Part shown: positions 1-7,360 of the stretch, piece after piece
How the letters are laid out: every line of letters starts with the position of its first letter
Numbering within the stretch: position 1 is the stretch's first letter
DNA from: Gemmata obscuriglobus
GTDB taxonomy: Bacteria > Planctomycetota > Planctomycetia > Gemmatales > Gemmataceae
NCBI RefSeq assembly: GCF_008065095.1
Contig: NZ_CP042911.1
Location: 750,001 to 782,000, forward strand
Length of the DNA stretch: 32,000 nt
Direction: 5' to 3'
Notes under the pieces: model-generated
Told to the model about the DNA's origin: nothing
Databases searched by the model: none
What the model saw: the letters and a program-made list of their open reading frames with translations, nothing else
Made by a program: the position numbers and the translations under genes

Positions 1-895
1 TGTACGTCACCACCTGATTCCCGTGCCACGGCTCGACGGTTGCGATCACCCGGGCGGCTTTACTCACTTGCCCCGGTTTGATCTCGCTCGCACCGCGGCT
101 GCCCTTGGGGTTGGCCTGGTTGCCTTCACCGATTTTGTTCACCGACCAGCCGGTCCCGCCCCCGCGGAGCACATGGACGCCGTCGTAGCTTGTGACCAGC
201 ACGCCGGTCATGGGGCGCCCCCCGGCGCCGCTATGTCCGAGAAGGGCGAAGTTGTGGCACACGTGCAGTTCTTCCGAGAGTACCTGCGTCTTCCAGTTTT
301 CCTTCTTCTCGGGCTCCTTTGCCGGTACCTTCAACGCCACGATGCGAACCGGCTTGCCGTCGGTCCAGTTGCCCTTCGCGCTCGACCCACGGCCCATCAG
401 CGGCACGTGAACGATTTCCGGCTTCCCGTCGCCGTCGATGTCGAAGCAGCGCACGCGGTGGACCGTCGGCTCCTCGCAGGGGAGTTCGTACATCGCCCAC
501 TCTTTGGTCGCGTCTGCACCGCGTTTCAGCCACACGAGTTGTCCCGGGTTTGCGGTGTCGAACGGCTTCCACGCCGCGCCGACCACCAGTTCCGGGAGCC
601 CGTCGCCGTCGATGTCGATCGGGGCGACACACACGTTGTCCGGCTTCGTCTTGCCGTCGAGGATGACGAACTTCTTCCAGCCCGCGCCCGCCTTCCCGGG
701 GTTCTGATACCAGACGACCTTGTGCTGATCGACCACCACGATGTCGGGCCTTTTGTCGCCATCAATGTCGGCGGTGACGACCGCGTACCCAATCTTCAGT
801 CCGGTGTCGATCTCTTGAGTTTTAAATCTCGGCGCGTCTGCGGCGAATGTCTGGAAACCGCAGAGTGCGGCGGTGACGGCGAGTAGGTGGCGCAC
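1..895 (-). CDS. Secreted FG-GAP/VCBS-repeat protein. Partial: the 3' end lies beyond the window start.
   Basis: My own reverse-strand translation from GTG (complement of 893-895) gives VRHLLAVTAALCGFQTFAADAP (signal-peptide-like). It then shows repeated DIDGDxxPD/E motifs (ADIDGDKRPDIVVVD, PIDIDGDGLPELVV, CFDIDGDGKPEIVHV), which are typical of FG-GAP Ca-binding repeats. The frame stays open to position 1. It is absent from the ORF track because it has no stop codon in the window. The + strand ORF 23..886 is its antisense shadow. Confidence 0.8.
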   Translation of the reverse strand, partial: MRHLLAVTAALCGFQTFAADAPRFKTQEIDTGLKIGYAVVTADIDGDKRPDIVVVDQHKVVWYQNPGKAGAGWKKFVILDGKTKPDNVCVAPIDIDGDGLPELVVGAAWKPFDTANPGQLVWLKRGADATKEWAMYELPCEEPTVHRVRCFDIDGDGKPEIVHVPLMGRGSSAKGNWTDGKPVRIVALKVPAKEPEKKENWKTQVLSEELHVCHNFALLGHSGAGGRPMTGVLVTSYDGVHVLRGGGTGWSVNKIGEGNQANPKGSRGASEIKPGQVSKAARVIATVEPWHGNQVVTY

Positions 896-1071
896 GGCAA
901 CTGGTTCTCACGGGATGGGAAGATGGGGCGGCTCCGCGGAGCGCCCAGCTTACCACACCGACCCGTTCGGTACACAACTCCTTGCGGCCCGACAGTTGGA
1001 ACCGGACAATACGCCTCTGAGGTTGCCCGGCGCCCGGTTTGTGGGATCCTGAACGCACGAGGAAACGGTTG

Positions 1072-1860
1072 ATGTCGATACCCGCGTCTCACCGCCCGGC
1101 CCGGGAATGGCTCCTGCTCCTGATCGCGCTGGCGGTCGTGGCGGTGGTGGTGGCGCCGCTGTGGCAGTTGATGGGCAGCCCGGAGTCCCGGGCCGAACTG
1201 GAGGCGCGGTGGACCCGGGACCGGCTCGCGAAGCTGTTCCTCGGCTTCGAGCAGGTGCTGTGTTACGTTTGCGCGGCGTGGGCCGTACTGATCCTCCAGA
1301 GCCGGTTCCGCGAGGTGCTGGCCCAGCGCCGGGCGTTCGCCCTGGACCTGTTGCCCACGGAAGAGGGGGCACGCATCTTGCCCGAAGACGCCCGCCCGCT
1401 CGGTCGGAAGCTCGAGCAGGTGACCGCCGGCCGGCCGCTCGTCCTGGCGAACCTGGTGCGGCTGGGGCTGGGGAAGTTCGCCGTGAGCAAGTCCGCGACC
1501 GACGTCGCGGAGGTGGTCCGGAACCAGGCCGATGTCGAAATGTCGCGGATGGTGACCGGGATGTCCACGGTCCACTACCTCGCCTGGGCGATCCCGGCGA
1601 TCGGTTTCGTCGGCACCGTCCGCGGGCTGGGCGGCGCGTTCGGCGCCGAAGCGACCGACATCGCGGAGTTCACGCGCCAGGCGAAGGACCAACTGAAGGT
1701 CGCGTTCGACTGCACGCTGGTGGCCCTCGTGCTGAGCCTCGTGCTGATGTATTTGGTCCACGCGGTGCAGCGGGCGGAGGAGTCGCTCGTCACGGACGCG
1801 CAGCAGTACTGCCAGGAGCACCTCCTGCTGCGGTTGTACTCAGGGGGCGAGGGGGAGTGA
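1072..1860 (+). CDS. ExbB/TolQ/MotA-family proton-channel protein (stator 'A' subunit-like)
   Basis: ATG at 1072 is preceded by GAGGA (1059-1063); the ORF track's TTG at 1039 is the maximal start. There are hydrophobic helices near the N-terminus plus the family signature IPAIGFVGTVRGLGGAF (compare E. coli ExbB GLLGTVWGIMHAF). A final TM reads FDCTLVALVLSLVLMYLV. The two channel Thr (T182 codon 1615-1617, T215 codon 1714-1716) are 33 residues apart, the same spacing as ExbB T148/T181 and TolQ T145/T178. Confidence 0.85.
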   Translation: MSIPASHRPAREWLLLLIALAVVAVVVAPLWQLMGSPESRAELEARWTRDRLAKLFLGFEQVLCYVCAAWAVLILQSRFREVLAQRRAFALDLLPTEEGARILPEDARPLGRKLEQVTAGRPLVLANLVRLGLGKFAVSKSATDVAEVVRNQADVEMSRMVTGMSTVHYLAWAIPAIGFVGTVRGLGGAFGAEATDIAEFTRQAKDQLKVAFDCTLVALVLSLVLMYLVHAVQRAEESLVTDAQQYCQEHLLLRLYSGGEGE

Positions 1861-1954
1861 GCGCGAACCAGGGTTCCGGAGGGGCCGAAGTGGCCGTCCG
1901 GTGTCTCTCGCGTGCTCTCGGCCCGGGTCCCACACCTACATTCGTCACACTGAC

Positions 1955-3181
1955 ATGCTCTGGTCCCGCAAGCCCGCTCCGGTTCACGACCGCCACCGCG
2001 CGGTCGGCATCGACCTGACCGCGAGCCGCGCCCGCGCGGAAGCGGCGGGCGAGAAGTCGCGCGCGCTGGTGCTCGACGCCCCGGACGAGGAGCTCGCGCT
2101 GTTCGTCGCCGGCGACCGGCGCGGGCCGGAGGTCGGGCGCGCCGGGGTCGGGTTGTACCGCAAGCTGCCGCACCTCGTTTGCTCCAACTTCCTCCCTGCG
2201 CTCGGGCAGTCGCGCGAGTGGAAGCTGGGCCGGCACACGCTCACGGCCGAGGCCGCGCTCGGGCTGGTGTTCGACCGGCTCCGGGCGGTTATTGGGGGGG
2301 AGTCGGACGGCACCGCGCTGGCGCTGCCGGCGTACCTGACGCCCTCGCAGGTGACCCGCGTCGGCGCCGCGGCGGGCCGCGCCAAGTTCGCCCTCAAGGG
2401 CACCGCGGTCGGCGGGCTGGCGCTGGCCGCGGACCGCGCCGCCGGGGTCCTCGGCGGGGACGGGGCCGGCCCCCCGCCGGCCGCCGGCTGGGTGGTGCCG
2501 CTGCGGCCCGGCGCGAGCGGCCCCGGCGCCGTGATGGTGCTCGACGCCGACGAGTTCGCCGTGTCGGCGCTGCTGGTGGCGGTCGACCGGGAGCAGGTGC
2601 GCGCGGTCGGTGGGGCGGCGTGGCCGCGGCTCTCGGTCAAGGTCTGGAAGGAGCGGCTCCTGGACGCCGTTGCGGACCGGTGCGTCAAGTTGTGCCGTCG
2701 CGACCCGCGCGACTCGGGCGAGGCCGAGCAACTGCTGTTCGAGCAACTGGACGAGGCGTTCGACCGCGCCCGCGCCGGCCAGCGCATCGGGCTGACCGTC
2801 CGCACCGCGCACTGGTTCCAGGACATCGTTCAGCAGCCCGAAGAGTTCGAGGCGCACTGCTCGGCGCTGGTCCGGCTCGCCGGCGAGTCGGTGCGCGACT
2901 TCGTAAACGGTATCGGGCTGGCCGAGCCGCCCCGCGCGGTCTGGCTGACCGACGCCGCCGGGCGCCTCCCCGGGTTCGTCCGGGCGGTCCACGCGAACAC
3001 CCCCGAGGGCACGGCGGTCGAGATCCTGCCCCCGAACGCCGTTGCGGCGGCGGCGGCGGCGCTGGTGCCGCGGTGGCTCACCGGGGCGCTCCCCCGGGCG
3101 CACCTCGATAGCCTGATCCCGCTGCCCCCGCGACCGGCCGCCCCGGCCGGCGCGCGAGCGACCCCGCGCGCCAGCGGGTGA
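1955..3181 (+). CDS. Hsp70/actin (ASKHA)-fold protein with degenerate nucleotide-binding motifs
   Basis: The order of Hsp70 landmarks is preserved. AVGIDLTAS matches [45 protein letters not shown] matches [38 protein letters not shown] matches [29 protein letters not shown] matches VLLVGGSTRIPxVQ. There is no signal peptide or TM. An alternative GTG start lies at 1901. Confidence 0.7.
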   Translation: [408 protein letters not shown]

Positions 3182-3205
3182 CCCGGACGACAGGAGGAAC
3201 CGTCG

Positions 3206-4720
3206 ATGCGAATCCGCCACAAGCAGCCCACGCTGGTCAGCATGTGGATGCTGGACGTGTTCTGCTGCGCGCTGGGGTGCGTCACGCTCCTGTTCCTGCT
3301 GAACAGCCGGCTGGCGACGGACGCCGCCCGCGCCAGCCGCGACGCCCGCGCCGACCTCGCGCACACCGACCAGCAGCTCGCCACCGCCCTCGCGGCGCTC
3401 GAAACCACCCGGACCAAGCTCGCGACCGAAGAAGCCGAACGCGGGAAGCTGACCGCGTCGCTCGCCGAGCTTGAAGGCGCGCGGCTCAAACTGGTTGACG
3501 AGTCCCGAGCACTCACCGAGGACCTCAAACTCGCCCGTACCGAGAAGGATGAAGCCGGGCGTAAACTTGACACCGCACGCGACGAGCTGAAAACCGCGCG
3601 GACCCTCCTCGATTCGACTCGAGAGAGCCTCGCCGGGCTCGAAAAGAAGGCCACCGCCACCGCGAAAGAGCTGGCCGACGCGCGGGCCGAGGCCGCCACC
3701 GCCGACCGGCTCCTCAAGGCGCGTCAGACCGACATCGACGAGCTCGCCAAGAAGGACGCCGCCCGGGCCACCCAGCTCGACGGCCTCCGGCGCTCGATGC
3801 TGTCCAAGGACGCCGAGCGGTCGGCGCTGGACGCGCAGCTCGCGGAGGCGCGCAAGGAACTCGCCGAGCTCGACGCCAAGCTCCGCGCGACCCGGCGGGA
3901 GCTGGACGCGCAGATCGCCGCCACGAAGGCCGGGGCCGCGAAAACGGGCGAGGAACTCGGCACCGCCCGCGCGCAGATCAAGGACCTGAACAAGAAGGTC
4001 GACGACGCGAACGCCACCATTATTGACCTCCAGGGTGAGAAGGCGAAGCTGGCCGACAAGTACGACCGGTTCCAGAAGGAAGCGGAGACGCGGTTCGCCG
4101 GGGTCGCGATGACCGGCAAGCGGGTCGTGTTCCTCGTGGACATGTCCGGCAGTATGGGCAAGCGTGACCTTCAGACTCTGGACGGTACGAAGTGGCCGCT
4201 GGTGGTCGAAACGGTGTGCAAAGTGATGCGCAGCATCTCGACGCTGGAGCGCTACCAGGTGGTCGTGTTCTCCAGTTCCGCCCGCTGGCTCTTTGACGAC
4301 GGGGAGTGGTGCTCGTTCGACGGCGAAAAATCCGTCGTCCGGGTACGCGACGCGCTGTTGAAAACGAAGCCGGTGGACGACACCAACATGTACGCGGCGT
4401 TCGAGAAGGCGTTCGGCCTGAAGACCTCGGGGCTCGACACGATGTACCTGTTCTCCGACGGCCTGCCGACGAGCGGCCCCGGGCTAACGCGGGAGCAGGA
4501 GAAAGCGAACCCGCCGCTGTCGGAGTCGGAACTCGGGGTGATCCTCGGTAAGCACGTGCGCGACACGCTCGCGTGCACGTGGAACAAGCCCGCTGCGGGG
4601 CAGTCGCGGGTGCGGATCAACGCCATCGGGTTCTACTTCGAGAGCGTCGAGGTGGGGGCGTTCCTCTGGTCGCTCGCGCGTGACAACGACGGGAGCTTCG
4701 TGGGGATGTCCAAACCGTAA
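3206..4720 (+). CDS. Membrane-anchored protein: TolR/ExbD-like TM helix (Asp17), long coiled coil, C-terminal vWA domain with an intact MIDAS
   Basis: A strong SD AGGAGG (3192-3197) precedes ATG 3206. The N-terminus KQPTLVSMWMLDVFCCALGCVTLLFLL resembles TolR INIVPLLDVLLVLLLIF and ExbD INVTPFIDVMLVLLIIF, including the LDV Asp (codon 3254-3256). Residues about 35-300 are Ala/Glu/Lys/Arg/Leu-rich heptad-like sequence. The vWA region reads KRVVFLVDMSGSMG (DxSxS, D312/S314/S316), then DDTNMY (T393) and LFSDGLPT (D418). Confidence 0.85.
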   Translation: MRIRHKQPTLVSMWMLDVFCCALGCVTLLFLLNSRLATDAARASRDARADLAHTDQQLATALAALETTRTKLATEEAERGKLTASLAELEGARLKLVDESRALTEDLKLARTEKDEAGRKLDTARDELKTARTLLDSTRESLAGLEKKATATAKELADARAEAATADRLLKARQTDIDELAKKDAARATQLDGLRRSMLSKDAERSALDAQLAEARKELAELDAKLRATRRELDAQIAATKAGAAKTGEELGTARAQIKDLNKKVDDANATIIDLQGEKAKLADKYDRFQKEAETRFAGVAMTGKRVVFLVDMSGSMGKRDLQTLDGTKWPLVVETVCKVMRSISTLERYQVVVFSSSARWLFDDGEWCSFDGEKSVVRVRDALLKTKPVDDTNMYAAFEKAFGLKTSGLDTMYLFSDGLPTSGPGLTREQEKANPPLSESELGVILGKHVRDTLACTWNKPAAGQSRVRINAIGFYFESVEVGAFLWSLARDNDGSFVGMSKP

Positions 4721-5026
4721 TCGGGTCAGGGGGCCATGCCGCCCGGTGCCCCGAAAACCAGTTTCTGATACCACAGGTCAATTTTTCAGCTTCCCCTCAT
4801 TTTCTTCTTGTGTGGGTCGTCAGATTAGCGTACAACATAAGCACTCGCAGACTCGCGCCGAATCGAATCGCTATCCGATACAACTCACTCTCCCTCGGAC
4901 GCACCTTTCGGTCGCGCGTTTCCTTTTGATTGATTGTTCTCTCGTTACATGGCGTAACAGCGTATCTCCTGCGTTCGTAGGAGGTGCTGCGCCTACTGTC
5001 TTCCATTCTCGTCGAAGGGACAGCAC

Positions 5027-6085
5027 ATGTCACTTTATCCGAAGGGTCTGCGTCGCGGCTTTACGCTGATCGAATTGCTGGTAGTGATCGCGATTATCGC
5101 GATCTTGATCGGGCTGCTGTTGCCCGCCGTCCAGAAGGTGCGTGAAGCGGCAGCACGCATTAAGTGTACGAACAACCTGAAGCAGATCGCCATCGCGTGC
5201 CACGGGTTCCACGACGCCAACCAGCGGTTCCCAGCCGGCACCACGCTCGGCAAGGGCCGGAACGGCAACGGCTGGTACACGAACGCGCACGCCTACGACA
5301 ACCCGGCCGCCGGGTGGACCAACGCCACCACCAGCTACCCGGCCGACGGCCCGTTCTGGTCGTGGGCCATGCGGATCGCTCCGTACATGGAGCTGGACAA
5401 CGTCCAGAAGGCCGCCAACATGAGTGGCACCCCCGCCGGCTGGCCGTGGTGGCAGATCATCCCGGGAACTACCGGCGGCAGCAACACGGTGGTCGGCATC
5501 CAGGCGAAGACGTTCATCTGTCCTTCGGACTCGCGGTCTGACCTGTTCTGGACCGAGTCCGGCACCGGGAACCGCGCCGCCCTCACCGACTACATGGCGG
5601 TCACCGGCCGGGACACGTACAAGGAGACCATCTCCGGGAGCAAGCTGGCGGGTCAGGACGGGATCATGTACGTGAACTCGTCGGTCAAGATCGCGGGCAT
5701 CACCGACGGCACCAGCAACACGCTGATGATCGGGGAGCGCCCGCCGGCGAACAGCCTGGAGTACGGGTGGATGTGGGCCGGGGCCGGGTACGACCCCGGC
5801 GCGTTCGGCGCGGGTGACGTGGTGCTCGGGGTGCGCGAGCGGATCCCGTCGATCAACGACGCCCCGGGCGTGTACGGGCCGGGCAACCTGAACCAGGACA
5901 CCCACTTCAACCACTACTGGAGCCTGCACACGGGCGGCGCGATGTGGGCCCGGGCAGACGGCTCGGTGCAGTTCATCGCCTACTCGGCCGGGTCCCAGGT
6001 GGTCACCCAGGTCAACGGGGTCAACGTGACCCTCCTTGAGGCGATGGCCTCGCGGGCGGGCGGCGAAGTGTTTGCCGCCCCGTGA
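5027..6085 (+). CDS. DUF1559 / H-X9-DG protein with prepilin-type N-terminal cleavage/methylation domain
   Basis: N-terminus [56 protein letters not shown]-terminal [17 protein letters not shown] fits the H-X9-DG motif. This is a hallmark planctomycete family. Confidence 0.9.
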   Translation: MSLYPKGLRRGFTLIELLVVIAIIAILIGLLLPAVQKVREAAARIKCTNNLKQIAIACHGFHDANQRFPAGTTLGKGRNGNGWYTNAHAYDNPAAGWTNATTSYPADGPFWSWAMRIAPYMELDNVQKAANMSGTPAGWPWWQIIPGTTGGSNTVVGIQAKTFICPSDSRSDLFWTESGTGNRAALTDYMAVTGRDTYKETISGSKLAGQDGIMYVNSSVKIAGITDGTSNTLMIGERPPANSLEYGWMWAGAGYDPGAFGAGDVVLGVRERIPSINDAPGVYGPGNLNQDTHFNHYWSLHTGGAMWARADGSVQFIAYSAGSQVVTQVNGVNVTLLEAMASRAGGEVFAAP

Positions 6086-6110
6086 CCCGCCGACTTCGGA
6101 GGACCTTGTA

Positions 6111-6251
6111 ATGCTTCGTCGGCTCGTTCTTGTAGTGGTTCTGGGCGCTTCGCTGGTATCCCTTGGCTGTGACGGGGACAAGAACCAGCCCACGGCGGGG
6201 GCCGGCTCGCCCCCGCCCAAGCGGGAAGCGCCCGGACAGAAAGCCAAATAA
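6111..6251 (+). CDS. Small putative lipoprotein (46 aa) downstream of the DUF1559 gene
   Basis: ATG 6111 is preceded by GGAGGA (6098-6103). MLRRLVLVVVLGASLVSLGC looks like a signal peptide ending in Cys. The Gly/Pro/Lys-rich tail has no recognisable domain. A terminator follows directly. Confidence 0.55.
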   Translation: MLRRLVLVVVLGASLVSLGCDGDKNQPTAGAGSPPPKREAPGQKAK

Positions 6252-6293
6252 AAGTGAGGAGAGCCGGTCCGGGGATTTCCCCGAACCAGCCGA

Positions 6294-6326
6294 ACGGCCG
6301 CGGTAACACCCGCGGCCGTGCCTTTT
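6294..6326 (+). terminator. Rho-independent terminator after the DUF1559/lipoprotein pair
   Basis: A 10-bp perfect stem ACGGCCGCGG / CCGCGGCCGT (6294-6303 / 6310-6319) has loop TAACAC and is followed by GCCTTTTG. Confidence 0.65.
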
Positions 6327-6387
6327 GTGCGTCCGTCACGAGAATGACCCCAAGCGGCCGTTGGCGCCGCCGGCGAGGGGGAACCGC

Positions 6388-6972
6388 ATGTCCGTGTCGG
6401 CCGCGCCAGAACCGCTTCTGAACGTCCCCAACGTGTTGTCGTTGTCCCGGGTGCCGCTTGCAACGGTGCTGTTCGCGTGCATCGTCCACGAGTTGTGGCT
6501 CCCGGGACTGCTGGTGTTCTTGGTGGCTGCCGCGACCGATTGGGCCGACGGCTGGTGGGCACGCCGGTACGGCCCCCTCACGCTCGTGGGCCGCAGCCTC
6601 GACCCGCTCACCGACAAGATCCTCGTGTGCGGTACCTTCATTTATCTCATTCCCGTCCCGAGGGCCGGCATCGACCCGTGGATGGTGACCGTTGTGGTGT
6701 GCCGCGAACTGTTAGTGACGGGCCTTCGTGGGATGGTCGAGGCGACCGGTAAAAAGTTCGGCGCCGACTGGTTCGGCAAACTGAAGATGGCACTTCAGTG
6801 CGCGGTGCTGGCCAGCGTGCTGCTGATCGCGTGGCTCCGCACCGTCGACGGTGTGACGGGGTTGTTGGGCCTGCTGCTACCGGCGCAGATGGCGTTGCTG
6901 TGGCTGACGCTCGCGGCCACGGTGGGGAGCGGGGCGCAATACCTCGTGAAGGCCGTGAGGCTACTGAGATGA
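6388..6972 (+). CDS. pgsA: CDP-alcohol phosphatidyltransferase (CDP-diacylglycerol--glycerol-3-phosphate 3-phosphatidyltransferase-like)
   Basis: Motif TDWADGWWARRYGPLTLVGRSLDPLTDK fits D-x2-DG-x2-AR-x8-G-x3-D-x3-D. The protein is multi-TM and hydrophobic. ATG 6388 is favoured over the maximal start at 6325. Confidence 0.85.
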   Translation: MSVSAAPEPLLNVPNVLSLSRVPLATVLFACIVHELWLPGLLVFLVAAATDWADGWWARRYGPLTLVGRSLDPLTDKILVCGTFIYLIPVPRAGIDPWMVTVVVCRELLVTGLRGMVEATGKKFGADWFGKLKMALQCAVLASVLLIAWLRTVDGVTGLLGLLLPAQMALLWLTLAATVGSGAQYLVKAVRLLR

Positions 6973-7049
6973 ATGGCGCCCGCGCAAAACGAAATCGCGA
7001 ATCGCCGGGCGGGCGTTTGTTCAACGTTTGAAGGTTCTGTGGCTCCCGA

Positions 7050-7067
7050 GCAAGAACCGGTTCTTGC
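7050..7067. repeat. 18-bp perfect palindrome GCAAGAACCGGTTCTTGC in a gene-free stretch
   Basis: Read directly from the sequence. It lies 78 nt downstream of the pgsA stop. It could be a hairpin terminator or a dimeric-regulator operator. No U-tract follows. Confidence 0.5.
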
Positions 7068-7360
7068 GGTTACGTCGGGGGCCGGATTTTCCACCCCGCC
7101 CTTGAGGCGCCGCGAGCCCACCAACAAACCGTGAACGGACCTCGAACACGAGTCGCGCGCTGACCTCAGGTGGCTCAACCTGGTACACAAGTAGCCACCG
7201 ATCACGTGCCTGCTCCACTCCGTGCCGCCCATTCTCGTGCGGCCACTTCTCCGACGTGTAAGGTTCTCAAAATAGCCCGGCATAATTCCCCAACTGCGAC
7301 GGTTCGCGGATCGCGGTTTGCAAGCACGTCGCCGAGTCCCCACTACCATCAGGTTCAAAC

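Noticed and set aside
23-886. 287-aa + strand ORF at the window start
   Set aside because: It is the antisense shadow of the minus-strand FG-GAP gene (1..895). That gene shows clear DIDGDG repeats and a signal peptide. The + frame product is Arg/His/Pro/Val-rich with no motifs.
796-3364. Long minus-strand ORFs 796..1821 (341 aa) and 1790..3364 (524 aa), plus other overlapping frames
   Set aside because: Their composition is extremely Arg/Pro/Gly/Ala-rich, which is typical of off-frame reading of high-GC DNA. They overlap + strand genes with recognisable ExbB/TolQ and Hsp70-fold motifs and proper SD sequences.
1072-4720. Reading the ExbB-like operon as a Zorya anti-phage system, or as canonical Tol-Pal or TonB
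   Set aside because: There is no ZorB-like OmpA/peptidoglycan-binding domain, no ZorC/ZorD-type helicase or nuclease, no TolB/Pal/CpoB genes, and no TonB C-terminal domain or Pro-rich spacer. The coiled coil is on the B-type subunit rather than on the A subunit as in ZorA. I therefore left it unassigned and treat it as potentially new.
5030-6562. 510-aa minus-strand ORF
   Set aside because: It is antisense to the DUF1559 gene, the small lipoprotein gene, a rho-independent terminator and the pgsA start. It has no domain signatures and shadow-ORF composition.
7169-7199. Possible tRNA or other small RNA gene in the pgsA-OYE intergenic region
   Set aside because: Only a single 7-bp stem with a 17-nt loop is present. 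There is no cloverleaf, no T-loop GTTCRANNC consensus and no acceptor stem.
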